Of a stretch of 64,000 nucleotides of DNA, positions 60,601 to 64,000 are shown piece after piece. The first letter of the stretch is position 1, and every line of letters starts with the position of its first letter. The DNA comes from a virus. Taxonomy: Duplodnaviria > Caudoviricetes. Location: positions 32,001 to 96,000 of the IMG/VR virus record IMGVR_UViG_3300002597_000001. One strand, given 5' to 3'. Below the pieces are notes generated by a model. The model made no database searches and was not told the DNA's origin. It worked only from the letters and a program-made list of their open reading frames with translations. A program made the position numbers and the translations under genes.

Positions 60601-63600
60601 TATCCACTTCGGACACCAATAGCTTGTGCCCTACTTCCCTCAAGAGGAATAGTCGTTGAACCTTGCCTTTCAGCCTTGGCTGCTGATTGCCCATTATATA
60701 GCGTTTAGGATTTAACCATGCGCCATCTATTCAATTTTTTCTGCTTTCGCAACATTCACGAACACACCATTTGAGGCGTCACGTTGTAGTTTGAATAGCT
60801 TTAGGGGTTTCCAGCAATTCAAATAGTATTGGGCAGGTGTAACCAAACCTGCCGCTACATACACGTTTCCGTATATGCTGACTTGCTGATTGCCTTACTC
60901 ATGACTAAAGTCACGAGTGTGCGGCAATCGGTCAATCAAACCGCTCATTGAGTGCAAGCTCATAGTCTGTATAGAGGTCGTCGAGCAACTGCTTCTGATC
61001 GCTGATATAGCGGTCATACTGAGTTTCCTCAAGGTCAGACCGTGCATCATCTAGGCTAGACCGAAGTTTTTGGACATTGAGCCGCCCCTCTTCTGATGTG
61101 TCACCGCTATAGGCAGACAACTGTTTCTCAAGAGACGCGATATTCTTGGACTGCTCTTCAATCTTGGCTTGATAATCGTGGAGCGACTTAGCGCTACTGA
61201 GGCTGTCGTTGTATTGATCTATCAGCGTTTTGAGAGCATCAAGCTGTTTGTCAATGCCATTATGAACAAGGTCGATGATGGCATCGCGCTCATCCTCTGC
61301 GGCTGAGATAGACTCCTGCTGAAGCTTGAGCAGTTCTTCGCGCCGCTTTAGAATCTCGGTGTTATACGGATCATCCGCCAGTTGCTTATTGACTTTGAGC
61401 ATCTCGTCGCGGTACTGATCCGCCTGTGCCATGAGGATGTTATAATTCTGGCCGCGCAGACCCAAGGTAGCCATACCTGCATCTGTGAGTTTTCCGCCGT
61501 CATCAAAGAGCTCGTCGCGGTCGAGGAGGTCAATCAGGAAGTTGGACTCCTGCGTGAGCTGGGAGATTCTGTCCTGTACAAAGTCAAAATAGCCCCACTC
61601 AACCTCACGCATGGTCTTGGCATATTCGAGAAGGCTTGTGTTGGCTTCATCAATAGCTTCTTTGACACCATTTATCTCGGCCTGCATTGAATACCACGCC
61701 GAACTATACATCTCTATCTCGCCGCTATTCATAGCCTCAGACATGGCGTCTACCATATCGTCAAGCTGTTTATTCAAGATAGAGATGTTTTGCTTTTCGA
61801 CATTAGATAGCGCGGTATAATACTCCGTGCTGATGAGATACCCCTTCTGCTCAAGCTGCTCGATTCCGTTCTGATATGTGTTTGTGAGGTGTTCATACAG
61901 TTTGAGCTGGTTGTTGTACTCCTCTTGTACATTGTCAAAGTTGTCCTGATATAGTTGCGCCATTGACTCGTGGAGCTCATCTACAGCATCGCTGGCATCA
62001 AGGGCTTTGTCATAAAGGTCCTTGTATTGCTTTATCTTTTCGTTAAGCTCTTTGTCAGTAATGGTTTCAAGGTTGATCTTCCCCTCGCGTACCAGTGCTT
62101 TATAGGACTCATCTAGGCTGATGGTCTCGGCGGCATGCATATACTCATCATACGCCTGCTGTTGATAATCTATCTTATCCGCAACTGTGGCAATTTCTTC
62201 GCCAAGAGCACTTGTGCGGGTTGTGAGAGACTTAAACGTAGACCCAGCAATACGAGCAAGGCTTTTGATTCTGCGCTCGATACGATCAAGCAGGACTTCA
62301 ATCCAATCGAGATCTTCTGCGAAATCATCGGCAGAAGAAGACGCCTTAGATGAGGCTGTTTTGTTACCGTTGTAGGAAGAGGAAGATTTGTAGGAGTTAG
62401 AAGAGCTCGAAGAAGACGAGCTAGACCCTAGGGAAGTAGTTGATGATGTCTTCCTGCGTCTCTTACCGCCAGACCCAGAATCAAATGCGGTTCCGGTCGC
62501 CAACGCATTTCCGCGATTCTTACCATACTTAATTCGTCCGTATTTAAATATCTGCTCAGTTTGTTCGGCATTGAAAATAATGTCGCCCTTCTTGTAATTA
62601 AAGAAGCCAGCACCATTTTCACCGATGGTATAATAATGGCCATCACGTACAAGGAGCTCAGTTCCTAATTCTCCGCCAAGAGCAACACCACTGTTTTTGG
62701 TTCCCCAGTAGCCATGAGCCATTGCAGTGCCTCTGGCGTGTGCGGTTCCAGAGAATCGTGCAGTACCATATGCACCACCACGCCCAGTATCACCACGAGC
62801 AACATAATTCACATAGCGTGTGATGCTAGAAAAATATGTTGGGAGATTACTAGTATTCGGCGTATATGTTACAGTACGTGTTCCGCCATACGTTACAGCA
62901 TTAACAGCGTCGATAAGCCCCGTTTCTGGAGTATACGTTGTTGTCCTGTTACCACCATCTGATTTTGCATCTTCCGCGTCTGTGTCTTCGGTATCAGCAA
63001 AGTAAGTAACGAACACAGACGGATCCATACTTTGCAAGCTTGCCAGCAGAGAATCAGCAGACGTTGTATCCAAATTAAGGTCGGCAGGAATAACCGCTTC
63101 CATGCTTTGGATTTGCGCAAGAAGCGCATCCGCATCCGCCTGTGCCTGCCCATCATCAATGCCAAGCTTTGCCGTTGCATCTGCCGCCGCAAAGCTTTGC
63201 AACAAGCCAAGGAGCATATTCAGATCTCCCTCGGCAGTTGAGGAATTCACATCAACAGACATCAGCGTCGGGTACTCAAGACTCAGCTTCTCGGCCTCAA
63301 GCGCACCAAGAACTTGGACGGCCTCTTCAGCCCCAGCAAGTTCCATGTTGATAGTACCATCACTATTTCGCATACCATCAAGGATGGATTGCACCTCTGT
63401 TATTTGGCTGTTAATACTGTCAAGGTCTGTCGAGTCAATATCAAATGATATATCTGTGAGACCGAGGCGTGTGAGCTGGTCGGCAGATTCTTGAGCTGTT
63501 TCCTTGAAACTCTGGAGTGCCGAAAGTGGAGTGTCAATATTGACATTCATCCCAGCATCTTTCATGGCTTGCTCAAGGAGTTGGATGGATTCAACAGACA

Positions 63601-64000
63601 TGCCGGTTAGTTCGGATACACGTTGTAAATCGGACGCAGTCCAATCAAATGCATACGACCCATCGTCACCCACTTGCACCAGACTGTCATCCAATGTGTC
63701 TACAGCGTCGAGGAAATTGTAAAGACCATCCGAGGAAAGCTTTTCGCTGTCTTCATCATATTGGAAGAAATCCATAATGCTGAAATCAGTACCGGCAATC
63801 TTTTGTGTCAGCCTATCGAAGTCTGCATAGACATCACTGGTACGAGCGCTGGCCGCAAGCATTAGGTCAAGATACTCCGTTACTTCAGAATCAGACACCC
63901 ATCCAAGATCAATAAGCTCTTTAACATTTTCGTAGCTATCGCCGATATTGGCGTATGCATCTCTGTTGTCGCCGCTGGACTGAGCCTGTACAAACTTGTT
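57666..64000 (-). CDS. tape measure protein (5' partial), exons 64000-60935 and 58766-57666
   Basis: Long helical ORF open to window edge; removing the IStron gives ...NERFD|[12 protein letters not shown]... in frame. Confidence 0.88.
58869..59960 (-). CDS. tnpB: TnpB RNA-guided endonuclease
   Basis: [33 protein letters not shown]. Confidence 0.95.
   Translation of the reverse strand: MEKAYKFRAYPNKEQRMLIAKTFGCSRFVYNYYLSKRIKLYEDSKETLTYNKCCADLTQLKRELEWLKEVDKFALQNSLRDLDNAYKKFFIEHSGYPKFKSKKIHKHSYRTSFTNNNIEFFGDHIKLPKLGFVKIRDKQIPNGRILNATISQMPSGKYYISLCCADVEMEQLPLTGSVVGIDLGIKEFAITSDGKKYANPKYLQQSLDKLAKLQRSLSRKTRGGKNWNKARIKVARLQEHIANQRNDYLQKLSTELIRGHDIICVEDLQVKNMIQNHSLARNIADVSWSEFTRQLEYKANWYGREIKRVDKWYASSQTCSVCGYINKEAKDLSVREWTCPCCGTHHDRDVNAANNILVQGLAS
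59969..60370 (-). CDS. tnpA: IS200/IS605 Y1 transposase
   Basis: [28 protein letters not shown]. Confidence 0.95.
   Translation of the reverse strand: MDVTHGRGYVYSIQYHIVWCVKYRRKVLTPSVECSLFDILNNIAQDNGFRILECNGDLDHIHLLIDCSPQHYIPNMIKAMKGVSARYLFKMYGDTLRRQLWNGHLWNPSYFVATVSEKTESQIIEYVRSQKEK

Larger units (their letters stand above)
58767..60934 (-). mobile_element. IStron: group I intron plus IS605 (tnpA, tnpB, omegaRNA)
   Basis: Inserted after TTGAT; left and right GACTTTAGTC hairpins; P AATTGCTGGAAA, Q AATCAGCAG, R TTCAACGACTA, S AAGATATAGTCT; ends GGTTCAG. Confidence 0.93.

Overview
A 64 kb segment of a large temperate phage with SPbeta-like organisation, probably infecting a Bacillota/Clostridia host. 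The + strand (1-36.1 kb) holds early, accessory and replication genes: a TnpB 3' end, MazF, an MrpR/YopR-like repressor, Sak, two frameshifted DNA MTases, many small accessory ORFs, SSB, an exonuclease, NrdD/NrdG, dUTPase, primase-helicase, DnaE, HU, a ThyX-like protein, 5 tRNAs plus structured ncRNAs, and Xis/Int with an attP-like region. The - strand (36.7-64 kb) holds lysis, tail fibre/adhesin, tail and tape measure (TMP) genes, with one counter-oriented tyrosine recombinase. Three group I introns give in-frame products when their junctions are joined by eye: one in nrdD (HNH-bearing), one in a CHAP endolysin (ORF-less), and a full TnpA/TnpB IStron in the TMP gene. The main unexplained signal is a dispersed 18-bp quasi-palindrome, ATRAAA-N6-TTTGRT, found 12 times, always at the stop-codon/RBS junction of accessory genes, as if bounding gene cassettes. 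Other highlights are a separate operator motif CTCATnnnRCCTAT at promoters, a ~525-nt pseudoknot-rich ROOL/GOLLD-like RNA among the tRNAs, and homopolymer-shifted methyltransferases. All family calls come from motifs recognised by eye, not from database searches.
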